64,000 nt of DNA from a virus: the IMG/VR virus record IMGVR_UViG_3300024261_000028, positions 1 to 64,000 of that record; one strand, given 5' to 3'. The notes under the pieces are model-generated. The model saw nothing but the letters and a program-made list of their open reading frames with translations, did no database searches and had not been told where the DNA came from. Numbering within the stretch: the first letter of the stretch is position 1; each line of letters begins with the position of its first letter. Positions 34,136-44,224 of this stretch are shown here, in pieces. The translations under genes were made by a program, and so were the position numbers.

Positions 34136-34866
34136 CTTAATCTATCCAATATATATTTTATATGTAATTTTATCAATCTTTTAGGTCTTCTTTTTCCATG
34201 CTCTTTCATTAATGTTGATGACAACCCGTTAGTCATGGCCTTTGCACCTGTACATTCATTCATCATCTTCTTTAATTTATCGGTTGGTTCTATATTTTCT
34301 AATGATATTGAAGAGTCTCTTCTTTGGTTTGTAAACTTTAGATATAAAATAGGATCACCTCGTTTAATTATTAGGTCCTTAGAAGTGTCATGCCACTCGA
34401 ACATCATGTTGATTGGTCTTTGCCAGTCATGTATATTGAATGAACCTCCTGCTATAATGCCTGGAATTTTATTGTATTCCAAAAAAGGTGGCATTAGATC
34501 CATTTGTATATCACTATCTGATAAAAATAACACTGGAAGAGTCATCTGTATCATAGGTCTGTCTTTATGGTTAATGTCTTCTTTTGAACTAACATGAAAA
34601 ACATCATTGAATTTGTCAGGACTTAATGTCGATTTCGGCAATACTTCTATCCAACTGTCACCATTTTGTTGAAAATTATGTCTAAGATACAAGTCAAATG
34701 GTGATCTTATCACATATACATTTTTAAAAATTTCTTTTAAAGCAGGGCAAAATCTACCGTTACCTTTGACATAATCACTCATTTTTAATTTTTCAGGTGG
34801 AAACCCGACAAGATTATACCAATCCGAATCAGGTGTTCTTGCATTAAAATATACTACTCTTTTCAA
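34132..34866 (-). CDS. hypothetical protein (244 aa), translationally coupled to the oxygenase
   Basis: ORF track (TTG start); TATA-like box 34890..34897 lies 24-31 nt upstream; no motif recognised. Confidence 0.6.
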   Translation of the reverse strand: MKRVVYFNARTPDSDWYNLVGFPPEKLKMSDYVKGNGRFCPALKEIFKNVYVIRSPFDLYLRHNFQQNGDSWIEVLPKSTLSPDKFNDVFHVSSKEDINHKDRPMIQMTLPVLFLSDSDIQMDLMPPFLEYNKIPGIIAGGSFNIHDWQRPINMMFEWHDTSKDLIIKRGDPILYLKFTNQRRDSSISLENIEPTDKLKKMMNECTGAKAMTNGLSSTLMKEHGKRRPKRLIKLHIKYILDRLR

Positions 34867-34897
34867 TAATAATTATACTGTTACATGTAATATAAAT

Positions 34898-35113
34898 CTA
34901 TATGTTATTTTCTTTTTTTGATTTTATTATATTTGTCTCTAAAAGTTTAGAAAAAGACTGTCTTTTATCATTCAAAGTTTGTTTTAAAGAACTCAAAACA
35001 ATATCAGGTATGTTGTTAGGGTTGCTTTCTTTTAGACATTTTATCTGTTTATCTAAAAATGATATTTCTGAAAAACTTTGTTCCAATTCCTTGTCTTCAA
35101 TTTCAAAAATCAT
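34898..35113 (-). CDS. hypothetical coiled-coil protein (71 aa)
   Basis: ORF track; ATGA-type overlap with the Gly-rich gene. Confidence 0.5.
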   Translation of the reverse strand: MIFEIEDKELEQSFSEISFLDKQIKCLKESNPNNIPDIVLSSLKQTLNDKRQSFSKLLETNIIKSKKENNI

Positions 35114-36696
35114 GCCGGTAATTTTATTATTAACCCAGAAGTTCCTGTAGTTCCTGTAGTTCCTAATCCGTCACCAGATCCGCCTGAACCACCATCACCA
35201 CCTGTATAATAATAATAGCCTCCTCCTCTGCCACCCTGACCGCCAGAACCTCCTGTAGTGCCTTCACTACCTCCGGTTCCACCTGCAACTGATATTGACC
35301 CATTGTTAGTAAGATTGACATAATGTAAAAATATAAATCCTCCTGCACCTCCACCACCGCCTGAACCTATTCCACCACCGCCACCGCCACCACCGCCACC
35401 GGCTAAATATCTACCTGGTATTGATGGATGTAACTGAGCACATGTACCTGGTCTTCCACCACCTGCTCCACCTGAACCTCCTGTAGATCCTGTTCCTCCG
35501 TCTGACTCTATGGAACCTGCAGCTCCTATGACTATATTATTAGCTATAATAATTAAATAACCTCCTCCATGACCTCCGGTTCCACCTGCTCCACCTGCTC
35601 CACCTGGACCACCAGGACCTTTTGCATAAATAAAATATGTTGCACCGTCACCACCTGCTCCACCTGTTCCACCTGCTACACCAGAACCTCCGCCTGCACC
35701 AATTGTGTTTGTGGGAGAACATGCAAGATGAGTCAATAAGTTATGTGTGTTTCTAGATTCAGTGTCTGCGGTTCCTCCGGTTCCACCACATCCTGAATTT
35801 GTAGTACCGCTGCTTCCACCAGAACCAACACCACCACATTGAGTACCTGAACTTCCTCCACCACCACCTCCTGCATTTATGGTTCCTGTAGTTCCTGATG
35901 CACCATTTGAAGCTCCTGCACCTCCACCTGAACCTCCGGTTCCTGTGGCATTAGCATCAGCTCCTACTCCTCCCGTATTGTTCAAATTCAAAGCAACACC
36001 ACCAGCAACTCCGGAACCTACACCTCCGTTTCCTCCTTTTCCTGACATTGATAATGTTCCATTTACTGTTAATGTTTCTTTAATGAAAATCTGTTGAGGG
36101 GAAGTACCATCCAATGTTACACATGCATTTATTGTTAAGTTTTTATAATATTTTGTTTCTGTTAAAGTTGTATTGGTTGATATGGTTACATCACCATCAA
36201 TACCGTCTCCAAACAATCCTAAGTTTTTATCAGCTAGACCGTGTGTTGTTTTTAAACCAGTTATTCCAGAAGTTAGACATGTTTCTGGTATTTGACTTAC
36301 TGCTGTAACTGTAGTTGCATTTGTTGTTGCTGTACCTAAAACAACAGAATCAGTAGGTGTTGTTCCTGTTGTATTTTTAGAAAAAATCCATCCCTGTGGC
36401 TCACATGTTGGGTCCCTACATATTGTTGCATATATGTAATTGGTTGAACATGCTGTCAAAGATGTCACTGAACATGTTGTTGAATTGTTAACATGTAACC
36501 CTTTTAACCGTAAAGTTCCTGAACTAACATCAACTGCTAATATATTAGGACATTGTGCAGATAAAGTAAATCCACATGTAATATAATCAGGGATAATATC
36601 ACTCCAATATTTTTCCCAGTCGGATGCCTCTATTATTTTTGCTGATACGTTATCAGATCTAGGAATAAGTATGCGGGTCATAACGTTAATTGCCAC
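35110..36696 (-). CDS. glycine-rich tail fibre-like protein (528 aa)
   Basis: Thr/Cys-rich N-terminal ~230 aa, then long GGxGGxG tracts interrupted by short beta-like segments (YLIIIANNIVIG, FIFLHYVNL). Confidence 0.7.
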   Translation of the reverse strand: MAINVMTRILIPRSDNVSAKIIEASDWEKYWSDIIPDYITCGFTLSAQCPNILAVDVSSGTLRLKGLHVNNSTTCSVTSLTACSTNYIYATICRDPTCEPQGWIFSKNTTGTTPTDSVVLGTATTNATTVTAVSQIPETCLTSGITGLKTTHGLADKNLGLFGDGIDGDVTISTNTTLTETKYYKNLTINACVTLDGTSPQQIFIKETLTVNGTLSMSGKGGNGGVGSGVAGGVALNLNNTGGVGADANATGTGGSGGGAGASNGASGTTGTINAGGGGGGSSGTQCGGVGSGGSSGTTNSGCGGTGGTADTESRNTHNLLTHLACSPTNTIGAGGGSGVAGGTGGAGGDGATYFIYAKGPGGPGGAGGAGGTGGHGGGYLIIIANNIVIGAAGSIESDGGTGSTGGSGGAGGGRPGTCAQLHPSIPGRYLAGGGGGGGGGGIGSGGGGGAGGFIFLHYVNLTNNGSISVAGGTGGSEGTTGGSGGQGGRGGGYYYYTGGDGGSGGSGDGLGTTGTTGTSGLIIKLPA

Positions 36697-37193
36697 TCCA
36701 CTATTGCTCGTTTAGTTGCATCTTTTACCAGTGGTGATGCGTCTATCTGTCTTGCCATTAACGATGATCCTTCAGTTGGAGAATTTCCTGGTGTTCCTTG
36801 GTCGTCACATAATCCTATTTCATTCCACGTATAATTTCCTTCTGAAAATCCGAAATCTGCCGTAACAAACAATGTTGGTCTTACATATGTCTTGTCTGCT
36901 GTTGATATGTCCTTCCATGTTTTGTTTGATGCTGCAACCAAATCTGTGTCTGTCAATGCTGCTACCTGTGTGGAATCACCTACTCCGATACCCCCTACCT
37001 CACCGAAACATGTCAGGCCTGTACCGCCTATTCTCTTTAAAATTGTATCTTTCCCTGTATTAACTATAAGATTGTCAAATGTGTCATCTTTTACTAAAAT
37101 ATCTTTACTTCTATCATCTGGAAAATCTGGATTCTTCTCCCAAGCCTTTATATGTACTTTTCCTTTTAACGCTTTTAAAATCTCACCAGCCAT
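36678..37193 (-). CDS. virion/tail-associated protein (171 aa)
   Basis: ORF track; position in the tail-fibre region; own TATA box. Confidence 0.5.
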   Translation of the reverse strand: MAGEILKALKGKVHIKAWEKNPDFPDDRSKDILVKDDTFDNLIVNTGKDTILKRIGGTGLTCFGEVGGIGVGDSTQVAALTDTDLVAASNKTWKDISTADKTYVRPTLFVTADFGFSEGNYTWNEIGLCDDQGTPGNSPTEGSSLMARQIDASPLVKDATKRAIVEWQLTL

Positions 37194-37215
37194 ATATAAA
37201 TGTACACAAAAGTCA

Positions 37216-37223
37216 TATTTAAG
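37216..37223 (-). promoter_or_regulatory. TATA box for gene starting at 37193
   Basis: CTTAAATA on the minus strand, 23-30 nt upstream of the ATG. Confidence 0.5.
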
Positions 37224-37238
37224 GATTTCTAGAATGAT

Positions 37239-38036
37239 TTAGAATCGTTGATATCCTATAATATATATAACTAATCCTGTAACTCCTGTACCTATAACGT
37301 CTAAATCAAACGTGATTATACCGTTTATATCTAAAGTATTATCTGCTATTACTGCTGGTACAACTGCAGTTCTTGATGTCTTTTCACCTGAATCTATTGT
37401 TATTGCTGTTGATAGTATATCTAGGGCATTTTGTTGTATTTGAATGCTAGGGTCCCCCGATGATGATGCTGTCGCCACTGTGGCATATACATCCGTCAAT
37501 GTAAAACAATACGGCATTTGAAACTCTTTTTGTCCGTTCCCTGTTGATATTGTGGTTGTCTCGTTTCCAAAATCTATCTTGATAAACTGCCTTACTGCCT
37601 GTGATTCATATTTTGTACATGTTAAATTATATACTAATTGGTCCCCCTTTGCGGCACCTGTACATTTTAACGTGTTTGTACTGTTAAGATCTATGGTTTT
37701 ATTGGTAAGTGTTGCTGTCGCACAATTAAACACAAACGTATCTGTTGCACCTATGGCTGGTATTGTTGCAACAGCACATGCACCCAATATTGTTGTCTTT
37801 ATCCTTATACTATTACATCCTGCATTAGGTTCCTGTATATATAATGAAGTATTACCACATACATCTGACTGAAACTCAAACACATTTCCTTCCTGTATTT
37901 CCACAGTACTACAAGCATAACATGATATATTCACATTTTGATTGTTAAATAAACGTGATATTCTTCTTAAATCTGGAGCACCAAATTTAGTGCATGTTCC
38001 TGCACAAGTATCGGTTTTTTCGGGCCAATTTGCCAT
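37239..38036 (-). CDS. Cys/Thr-rich tail fibre or baseplate-associated protein (265 aa)
   Basis: ORF track; beta-rich, many Cys; position downstream of the large tail protein. Confidence 0.5.
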   Translation of the reverse strand: MANWPEKTDTCAGTCTKFGAPDLRRISRLFNNQNVNISCYACSTVEIQEGNVFEFQSDVCGNTSLYIQEPNAGCNSIRIKTTILGACAVATIPAIGATDTFVFNCATATLTNKTIDLNSTNTLKCTGAAKGDQLVYNLTCTKYESQAVRQFIKIDFGNETTTISTGNGQKEFQMPYCFTLTDVYATVATASSSGDPSIQIQQNALDILSTAITIDSGEKTSRTAVVPAVIADNTLDINGIITFDLDVIGTGVTGLVIYIIGYQRF

Positions 38037-38075
38037 ATTTATATATCTCCTTGTATACTTAAAAAGATTGTTAGA

Positions 38076-40799
38076 TTATACTGTATCATATCCTGAACAT
38101 GTGTATCCTGTATCTGTGTATCCTCCAGATGGTGGACAAGATCCTATTATATCTCCCCCTCCATATGTGCTTACGGCATATGTTGCTGGTTGAACTACTG
38201 TTACAACTATTGAATCTGATAATGTCATTGTTTCTACAAATAATGTTCCACATAGGGCCCCCTGTATAATATTGAAATTATCTGTCATACATAATACCTC
38301 CTCTAACTGTTCTGAACATCTTATATCCTTGATCTCTGTAAGAGCAGACTCAATATCGTGCAGTTTTTCTATTATCTGCTTTTCATATTCAAGATCATCA
38401 AATTTAAACTCCCCTAACAATATATTGGTTTTCATATCAGGATATATCCATGTCAATGATTTTATAACAAATGATGAATCTATATTTTTTATATTGTTTA
38501 TAACCCTGACAACATCTCCCTCATTTATTGAATTTTTCATTACACCCAATTCTAATTTTAATGAAGACCTAATCTCTTTAAACTTGTTTAGATAACCATT
38601 GATAAATCTAATACCGTCATTCCTTGTTCTTATCCAAGGCATTATCAATCTCTTACTATGTCTTCCATATAGATCTATACTTGACTGTTTCTCACCTCTT
38701 ATTAATAATGGTATCTCATATTGATAGTCTACCTGTATTGCAGTACCGCATGAAGGTATTGAGGAAAAAACTATGGTTTTATTAATCACACATGTCTCGT
38801 AATCTTCCTCTGCTGTTTGTCTAACTCCTCCAACTAACACTGTACTAGATATAGCACCATTGGTCAATGTAACTGCATTACATGTTCCATTACCAGTAAA
38901 ACATTCCACAGTGTTATATCTCTTAGCCTCACCTAATACAACAAGATCATTGATTATTTCAGTGTCATCATTGACACATTCAAAGTTTCTTGCACATCCA
39001 CCATGAGTAAACACAAAACATGTATTATTGAATGAAGTATCGTGTAAATGAAATTGATTAAGTGCATCAGTGTGAAATGTCCTACCAATCAATTGTGTTA
39101 GATCCCTTATAATATCCACTAATTTACCATCAGCATTGAATCTGGATAGAATAATACCACTACAAGTACCGTGTATGTGAGGTATCAATTTAGTATTATT
39201 CCTAATCAAATCATCTATTATGAATTCTGGACTTCTGTCATTATATTGTTGTGCTTTTACTTCAGTTTCACCTAGGCTTTTACCAAATGACTGTATTGTT
39301 ACTTCTTTTTGTACAATCTCTTTTGTGATTTTAGTAGCATAACCTCCAAATTTCATTAATGATGTAGAAGATACCTCAGAATATATTCTTGTTGCCTGTG
39401 TTGATCCTATATTTTTATCATATAATCTTAATACATTAATATCACCGTCAAAATATGCAGTTTTATTATGATTTGTGCCTATAAATAATGCAGTATCTAC
39501 TAATGTTAAATTAGATGCAACCGTCATTGTATTCTTTTCCACATCATTGACTTCTAAATGTACTACATTACTTGAATCTCTATATACTCTAATAAAATTC
39601 CATGTGTCATCATTGTATAATACACCGCATGTCTTTATTAAATTTCCATCAATTTCTGCAACTATGTCTCCAGGTACAATCCTATTTACTGATAAAGCAA
39701 TACCATTACCAGACAATACACGTCTTGCATATAAATACTGTGTGCCTGAACTTTGCCATCTTGCCCATACAGATATATCAAACTCTCCTGTAAAATCAAA
39801 ATCTGTCGTGTATGGTATTTCCTGGAATGAATCTATACCATTGAATGTCATTGCTGTTCCAAACTTGCCTGTTGTTTCTGATATTATCCCCCTTAGATAT
39901 ATTGATCTTAATTCCTCAGTTGTTAGTAATTTGGATACCCATATGTTTCCATCATCCATTGATCCAGTATATTTAGAAGATCCATCAGCATATGCACCAT
40001 ATGTTACAGTTGAATTATTAAGTGTACATGATGTAAGATTAGCTGAATGTACTCCCTTTGTATCTTCTACATTGTTTATATATAGTTTAACTGCAGATGC
40101 ACCACATCCAGGTATGCCATTATATGTTACTGCCACATGTGTCCATATACATGTGTTTATTGCTGTATCGCCTCTTATATGTATTTCATTAGATGATGAC
40201 GTGCTTGTCATTCTAAAATCTAATTGTCCTGCACAGTTTATTCCAAACTCCCATCCTTTAGATGACGAACCGGTTGCTTTTTTAGCAATTAAAGGGACAC
40301 ATGTATCACTTGTTTTTATCCAGGCTGACAAAGATAATTGTGTTGTTTGATCTATATCATATATACATTCTTTTGTTATAGTTGTATAGTCATTAACACC
40401 ATCAAATACCATACCTTTACTGTTAACTTTACCTGGTGCAACACATGTTATACTACCAGTATCAATTGATATTGAATCCCTTATACCTTTATTTGATGTA
40501 GTTGATGTAGAATCACAATACACTAAATTTACATCTATTCGTGGATATGATATTGCACCATATGCATTATTACATCGTCCAGATTCATCCTTTGCACTAC
40601 CTTGAAACATATATGCACCTACCAAATTATCCAAATTAACTGCATCTTGAATTACATTCACTTGATTACCTATGTCTATAGAAGCACATATTGGTAATAC
40701 AATTTTTGATTGGTCTATGGCTCTTTCTCCTTCACGGGTCACAAATGTTTCTATAACTTTTACTGGACTATTACAAACTAATACTTTTACTCTTACCAT
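38076..40799 (-). CDS. large tail protein with two LamG/concanavalin-like lectin domains (907 aa)
   Basis: LSLSAWIKTSD...WTHVAVTYNG...VKLYINNV and FDISVWARWQ...WNFIRVYRD...HLEVNDV match the LamG pattern; follows the tape measure and a Dit-sized gene. Confidence 0.7.
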   Translation of the reverse strand: MVRVKVLVCNSPVKVIETFVTREGERAIDQSKIVLPICASIDIGNQVNVIQDAVNLDNLVGAYMFQGSAKDESGRCNNAYGAISYPRIDVNLVYCDSTSTTSNKGIRDSISIDTGSITCVAPGKVNSKGMVFDGVNDYTTITKECIYDIDQTTQLSLSAWIKTSDTCVPLIAKKATGSSSKGWEFGINCAGQLDFRMTSTSSSNEIHIRGDTAINTCIWTHVAVTYNGIPGCGASAVKLYINNVEDTKGVHSANLTSCTLNNSTVTYGAYADGSSKYTGSMDDGNIWVSKLLTTEELRSIYLRGIISETTGKFGTAMTFNGIDSFQEIPYTTDFDFTGEFDISVWARWQSSGTQYLYARRVLSGNGIALSVNRIVPGDIVAEIDGNLIKTCGVLYNDDTWNFIRVYRDSSNVVHLEVNDVEKNTMTVASNLTLVDTALFIGTNHNKTAYFDGDINVLRLYDKNIGSTQATRIYSEVSSTSLMKFGGYATKITKEIVQKEVTIQSFGKSLGETEVKAQQYNDRSPEFIIDDLIRNNTKLIPHIHGTCSGIILSRFNADGKLVDIIRDLTQLIGRTFHTDALNQFHLHDTSFNNTCFVFTHGGCARNFECVNDDTEIINDLVVLGEAKRYNTVECFTGNGTCNAVTLTNGAISSTVLVGGVRQTAEEDYETCVINKTIVFSSIPSCGTAIQVDYQYEIPLLIRGEKQSSIDLYGRHSKRLIMPWIRTRNDGIRFINGYLNKFKEIRSSLKLELGVMKNSINEGDVVRVINNIKNIDSSFVIKSLTWIYPDMKTNILLGEFKFDDLEYEKQIIEKLHDIESALTEIKDIRCSEQLEEVLCMTDNFNIIQGALCGTLFVETMTLSDSIVVTVVQPATYAVSTYGGGDIIGSCPPSGGYTDTGYTCSGYDTV

Positions 40800-41362
40800 T
40801 AAGATTCACCAGCAACAGCATATCCTGATACAAATTGTATACGAACATCATATAAAACTGGGGACTGTGCTTGTTTTGATATTGACATACTTTTAACTGT
40901 TCCAGCTCTAGTAATACCATCAACAGTTAAAAGAAATCCATCTTCCATACTGTTAGGCTGGAATGTATTAATCCAGAAGTCTAATTGTTGTTGAACAGTT
41001 GTTATTGACTGTGACGCATGTACTCCTCCTGGTGTGAATATTGATGTAGATCCCTCATCTTTCATAGTAAATGATAACGTTATACTTAGAGAGTTGCCTT
41101 CTGCTTTTACCAAAATATTACACGTATCTCTTAATTCCGGAATAGGAAAATCTCCAACAGGTGTTTTCATTTCAAAATCTAAACTAGAGAAATTTGTTAT
41201 TGTGATGTAGTCATCAGTTCTGAACAAGTAAGTCTGCTCCCATGTGAAATATGTGTTTGCTGGTGGTGTTACACCTGATGTTTGTGATGGAAAATGCATT
41301 CGTTGTAATGAACAGTCTGTAGTAGAATCCCCCGTAACCTTTTTAATTACTATATCTCCCAT
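40799..41362 (-). CDS. putative distal tail protein (187 aa)
   Basis: Position immediately downstream of the tape measure gene, with start/stop overlaps on both sides. Confidence 0.4.
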   Translation of the reverse strand: MGDIVIKKVTGDSTTDCSLQRMHFPSQTSGVTPPANTYFTWEQTYLFRTDDYITITNFSSLDFEMKTPVGDFPIPELRDTCNILVKAEGNSLSITLSFTMKDEGSTSIFTPGGVHASQSITTVQQQLDFWINTFQPNSMEDGFLLTVDGITRAGTVKSMSISKQAQSPVLYDVRIQFVSGYAVAGES

Positions 41363-44148
41363 TATACTATACCTGCCCTTGATGTTGACTCTTTAAGCAT
41401 TTTTAGAATAGCTGGTTTAAGTTGCCTCTCTATGTCTCCTATTCCTGATGCGTTAATAGTTATATTGAATATTGGTGATGTTCCTACTGGACTTGTACCT
41501 GCACCTGGTGTTACTGTTTCAGGTCCTTTTTCTCCCATAAGATATCCCTTTCCTGTATTTTGACCTATACCGAATATTGGTTCGTTTATTATTCCTCCCT
41601 TTGCCATTTTTATAATTGACATTATCTGTTTTCCTTGGTATGCCTTACCTTTTGATCTCATTTCATTGAGTGCGTTATATGATCTTTGATCAAGTCCTTG
41701 TGTTTTTGATGAACCATCTCCAAATGATATTTGGTATCTTGCACTCCTATCTGAATTATCAGGTTTATGAACCACACCATTACCAAATTCTGATAGAGTT
41801 GTTCGTGCTATTCTTGCAGAAGGTAACTCTTTTCCTGAAGGTGTTCTATAACCTGCTATTTGACTCAAACTTGATTGTATCCATCTATCAGCACCTTCAA
41901 ATGTATTAACTATTCCAGTTGCGGCAGTTTCAAAACATGACATTCTATTATTAGCATTATTTGCATGTTTCAATATATTATCAAACTGACCACTAGTATA
42001 TACTGCATAAGCATTTGATTTGGTTGCTTGTATTAACATGTTTTGATATTGATCAGCAGTTAATACTGAACTATCTGATGCCTCGATTGTTTTTTCTTCT
42101 ATAGCTTTAAACTGATCTTCAGTGGCACTCATAGCATTATTAGTTAGATATGCGGCTGCTCTCATCTTATTATATTCTGCCAATACAGATTCTCCACTTA
42201 TTGCTGCTTCCTCTATAGCTGCCGTATATATTTCCATTTCTTCTCTGGTTGTTGCAGCAAAATTTTGATATTCTTTTATCTCTTCTGCATGTGCACCCTT
42301 TTGATAAAACTCACCAGTACCAGCCATGGACTGTTTGTCATCACACCATGCCCTTTTCTCAGTTCTCACTCCACCTACCATTTTAAATTTACCAGTTCCT
42401 ACCCATTCTCCCATATCTTCAGTAGACATAGGATTATAGTTTCCATATACTCCTCCTGCCTGGGCTTGTGCTCCTTTGCTTCTGCCAAGTTTATATTCTT
42501 CAGCTGCTGCCAATATCTTTCGTGCAGTATCACTAAGAAGGGTTTTGTCTATTTTCCCCTGTCTATCCATTTTTTTCTTTTCATTTCTTGCATCTATTGC
42601 TGCTTGTTCTTTGTCTTTTCCTGCTTCTTCTATCATAGAACCTGTAATAATATCTACCCCTGTTTTTATTCCTATACCTTTCTTAGCAACTTCCATAATT
42701 GCATCTTGTGCAATATTTGCTTCTTTTTGTTGTTGTATTGATGCTGCTGCCTGTGCAGCAATAATTGCTTCCGCAAGATCTTCTGGTAATGTTTCTACAT
42801 TGTCAGCTATGCTTTTTGTATCTTCAGCCATACCACCAATACCACCCATACCTGGAATATCTGTTGTATCAGGGGTTTTAATAGATGTTTCAGCACCCTC
42901 CATCATCTGTTGGATTTGATTCATATCTCCAAATCCAGGGTATTTTTCATCTATGGCATCAGATTGAGTTTTGAATTTTTCTTCATTTTCCGCGTATAAT
43001 GCCTTCTTATCTTCATCTTTTAACCAAAATGATAAAAAAACTCCTAGGTTAGCTAATGAAGTCATCATTGAAGCCCAACCTTTTTCTAAACTTCCTTTTA
43101 ATGGATTCACTATTGCTTTAGCCATGAACTCCGCAGGGTTTGTAAATAATGTCAATAATACTTTCCCTGCTTTTGTACCCCATTCTTTTGCTAATTTAGA
43201 TCCTGATCTATATGCAGGAATTGCTACCTTTTTAACAAATTCTAATAATAATGGTCTTAACATGAATCCTATAAAGTCACCTATAGGTCTTAATATAAGC
43301 ATTACACCTACATTCAATAATTTTAACATTGCTTTTAACATTGGTGACGAGTCTATTACCATTTTTGCTAAACCTGCACCACCTGCCAATGCTGCACCTA
43401 TACCTGCAAGTTTAACTGCTTGTGGTATTTTTTTCCCCATACCAGCCATTACCCCACCGGCTTTACCTGCTGCTTTACCACCTTTAGTCTTTGCAAATTT
43501 TTGTTTGTTCTTTCCAAGTATTTTACCAGCTTTTGTTTTGCCAAATCTCTTACCAACTTTACCAGTTGCTTCACCAAGTTTTTCTTTTGCAGATCCCATA
43601 AAGTCAGCAAATTGATTAAATGAGTCATCTTCAGTTCCGGGTGCTTCTCCTCCATGTTCTTTTCTCCATTTTCTTTGTTGTTTTTCAGGCATTTTATCAT
43701 ATGCACCTCGTGTAGCCTTTGATGCTTTACGTTGTTTTTGCTTAACTTTAAACCAAGTTGTTGCCTGATCAATACCTTGTCCTGCTGCTCCTCCCATTGA
43801 ACCGCCTAATAATTGACCTATCATTCTAAATGTTCTTTGTGATTGTACACCTGCCTTTTCTAACATAATATTATGTGCTCTTAATGCTGCCTTTTCTCTG
43901 ACATATTCCATTTTCAAATCATGTTCATATTTCCTTCTAGTTTTAAGTGTATTATTCTGAGATTTAGTTATCTCTTTGTTTATTTTGAGCACTTTTTTAT
44001 AACTACTATCATTGGTATTAGAACCTCCTGTACCTCCAGAACTTCCTCCTGTTCCACCTAATCTACCAAATACTTTCTTAGCTGCTGCCTCTAGTTTTTT
44101 CTCTAATAATGCAGCGTCTATGTCAAGCTTTAGTTTATAATCTGCCAT
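41362..44148 (-). CDS. tail tape measure protein (928 aa)
   Basis: Length, coiled-coil/Ala-Lys-rich composition, central hydrophobic segments (AVKLAGIGAALAGGAGLAKMVI...), position after the tail tube and chaperone-sized genes. Confidence 0.8.
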   Translation of the reverse strand: MADYKLKLDIDAALLEKKLEAAAKKVFGRLGGTGGSSGGTGGSNTNDSSYKKVLKINKEITKSQNNTLKTRRKYEHDLKMEYVREKAALRAHNIMLEKAGVQSQRTFRMIGQLLGGSMGGAAGQGIDQATTWFKVKQKQRKASKATRGAYDKMPEKQQRKWRKEHGGEAPGTEDDSFNQFADFMGSAKEKLGEATGKVGKRFGKTKAGKILGKNKQKFAKTKGGKAAGKAGGVMAGMGKKIPQAVKLAGIGAALAGGAGLAKMVIDSSPMLKAMLKLLNVGVMLILRPIGDFIGFMLRPLLLEFVKKVAIPAYRSGSKLAKEWGTKAGKVLLTLFTNPAEFMAKAIVNPLKGSLEKGWASMMTSLANLGVFLSFWLKDEDKKALYAENEEKFKTQSDAIDEKYPGFGDMNQIQQMMEGAETSIKTPDTTDIPGMGGIGGMAEDTKSIADNVETLPEDLAEAIIAAQAAASIQQQKEANIAQDAIMEVAKKGIGIKTGVDIITGSMIEEAGKDKEQAAIDARNEKKKMDRQGKIDKTLLSDTARKILAAAEEYKLGRSKGAQAQAGGVYGNYNPMSTEDMGEWVGTGKFKMVGGVRTEKRAWCDDKQSMAGTGEFYQKGAHAEEIKEYQNFAATTREEMEIYTAAIEEAAISGESVLAEYNKMRAAAYLTNNAMSATEDQFKAIEEKTIEASDSSVLTADQYQNMLIQATKSNAYAVYTSGQFDNILKHANNANNRMSCFETAATGIVNTFEGADRWIQSSLSQIAGYRTPSGKELPSARIARTTLSEFGNGVVHKPDNSDRSARYQISFGDGSSKTQGLDQRSYNALNEMRSKGKAYQGKQIMSIIKMAKGGIINEPIFGIGQNTGKGYLMGEKGPETVTPGAGTSPVGTSPIFNITINASGIGDIERQLKPAILKMLKESTSRAGIV

Positions 44149-44171
44149 GATATATAAATGGTACTAATGGG

Positions 44172-44178
44172 ATTTAAA
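44172..44178 (-). promoter_or_regulatory. TATA box for the tape measure gene
   Basis: TTTAAAT on the minus strand, 24-30 nt upstream of ATG 44148. Confidence 0.5.
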
Positions 44179-44224
44179 GATTACTTGAATTGTATAGCGT
44201 CTTTCATATGCTCATTGACGTATG

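Noticed and set aside
35163-36308. Alternative-frame ORFs in the poly-Gly tracts: 35163..35357, 35879..36097, 36114..36308, 48962..49270 and 49471..49722
   Set aside because: These are a consequence of GGN/CCN repetitiveness, which leaves every frame open. There is no independent start signal.
39475-40350. Long antisense ORFs inside large minus-strand genes: 39475..40350, 55284..55997, 42971..43615, 42265..42919, 34016..34597, 29724..30260, 27324..28691 and 60281..60742
   Set aside because: All lie fully within stronger ORFs carrying recognisable domains or genomic context. Their translations are Ser/Phe/Leu/Ile/Pro-rich low-complexity, typical of antisense frames of AT-rich or Gly-rich coding DNA. 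None has a promoter or RBS.
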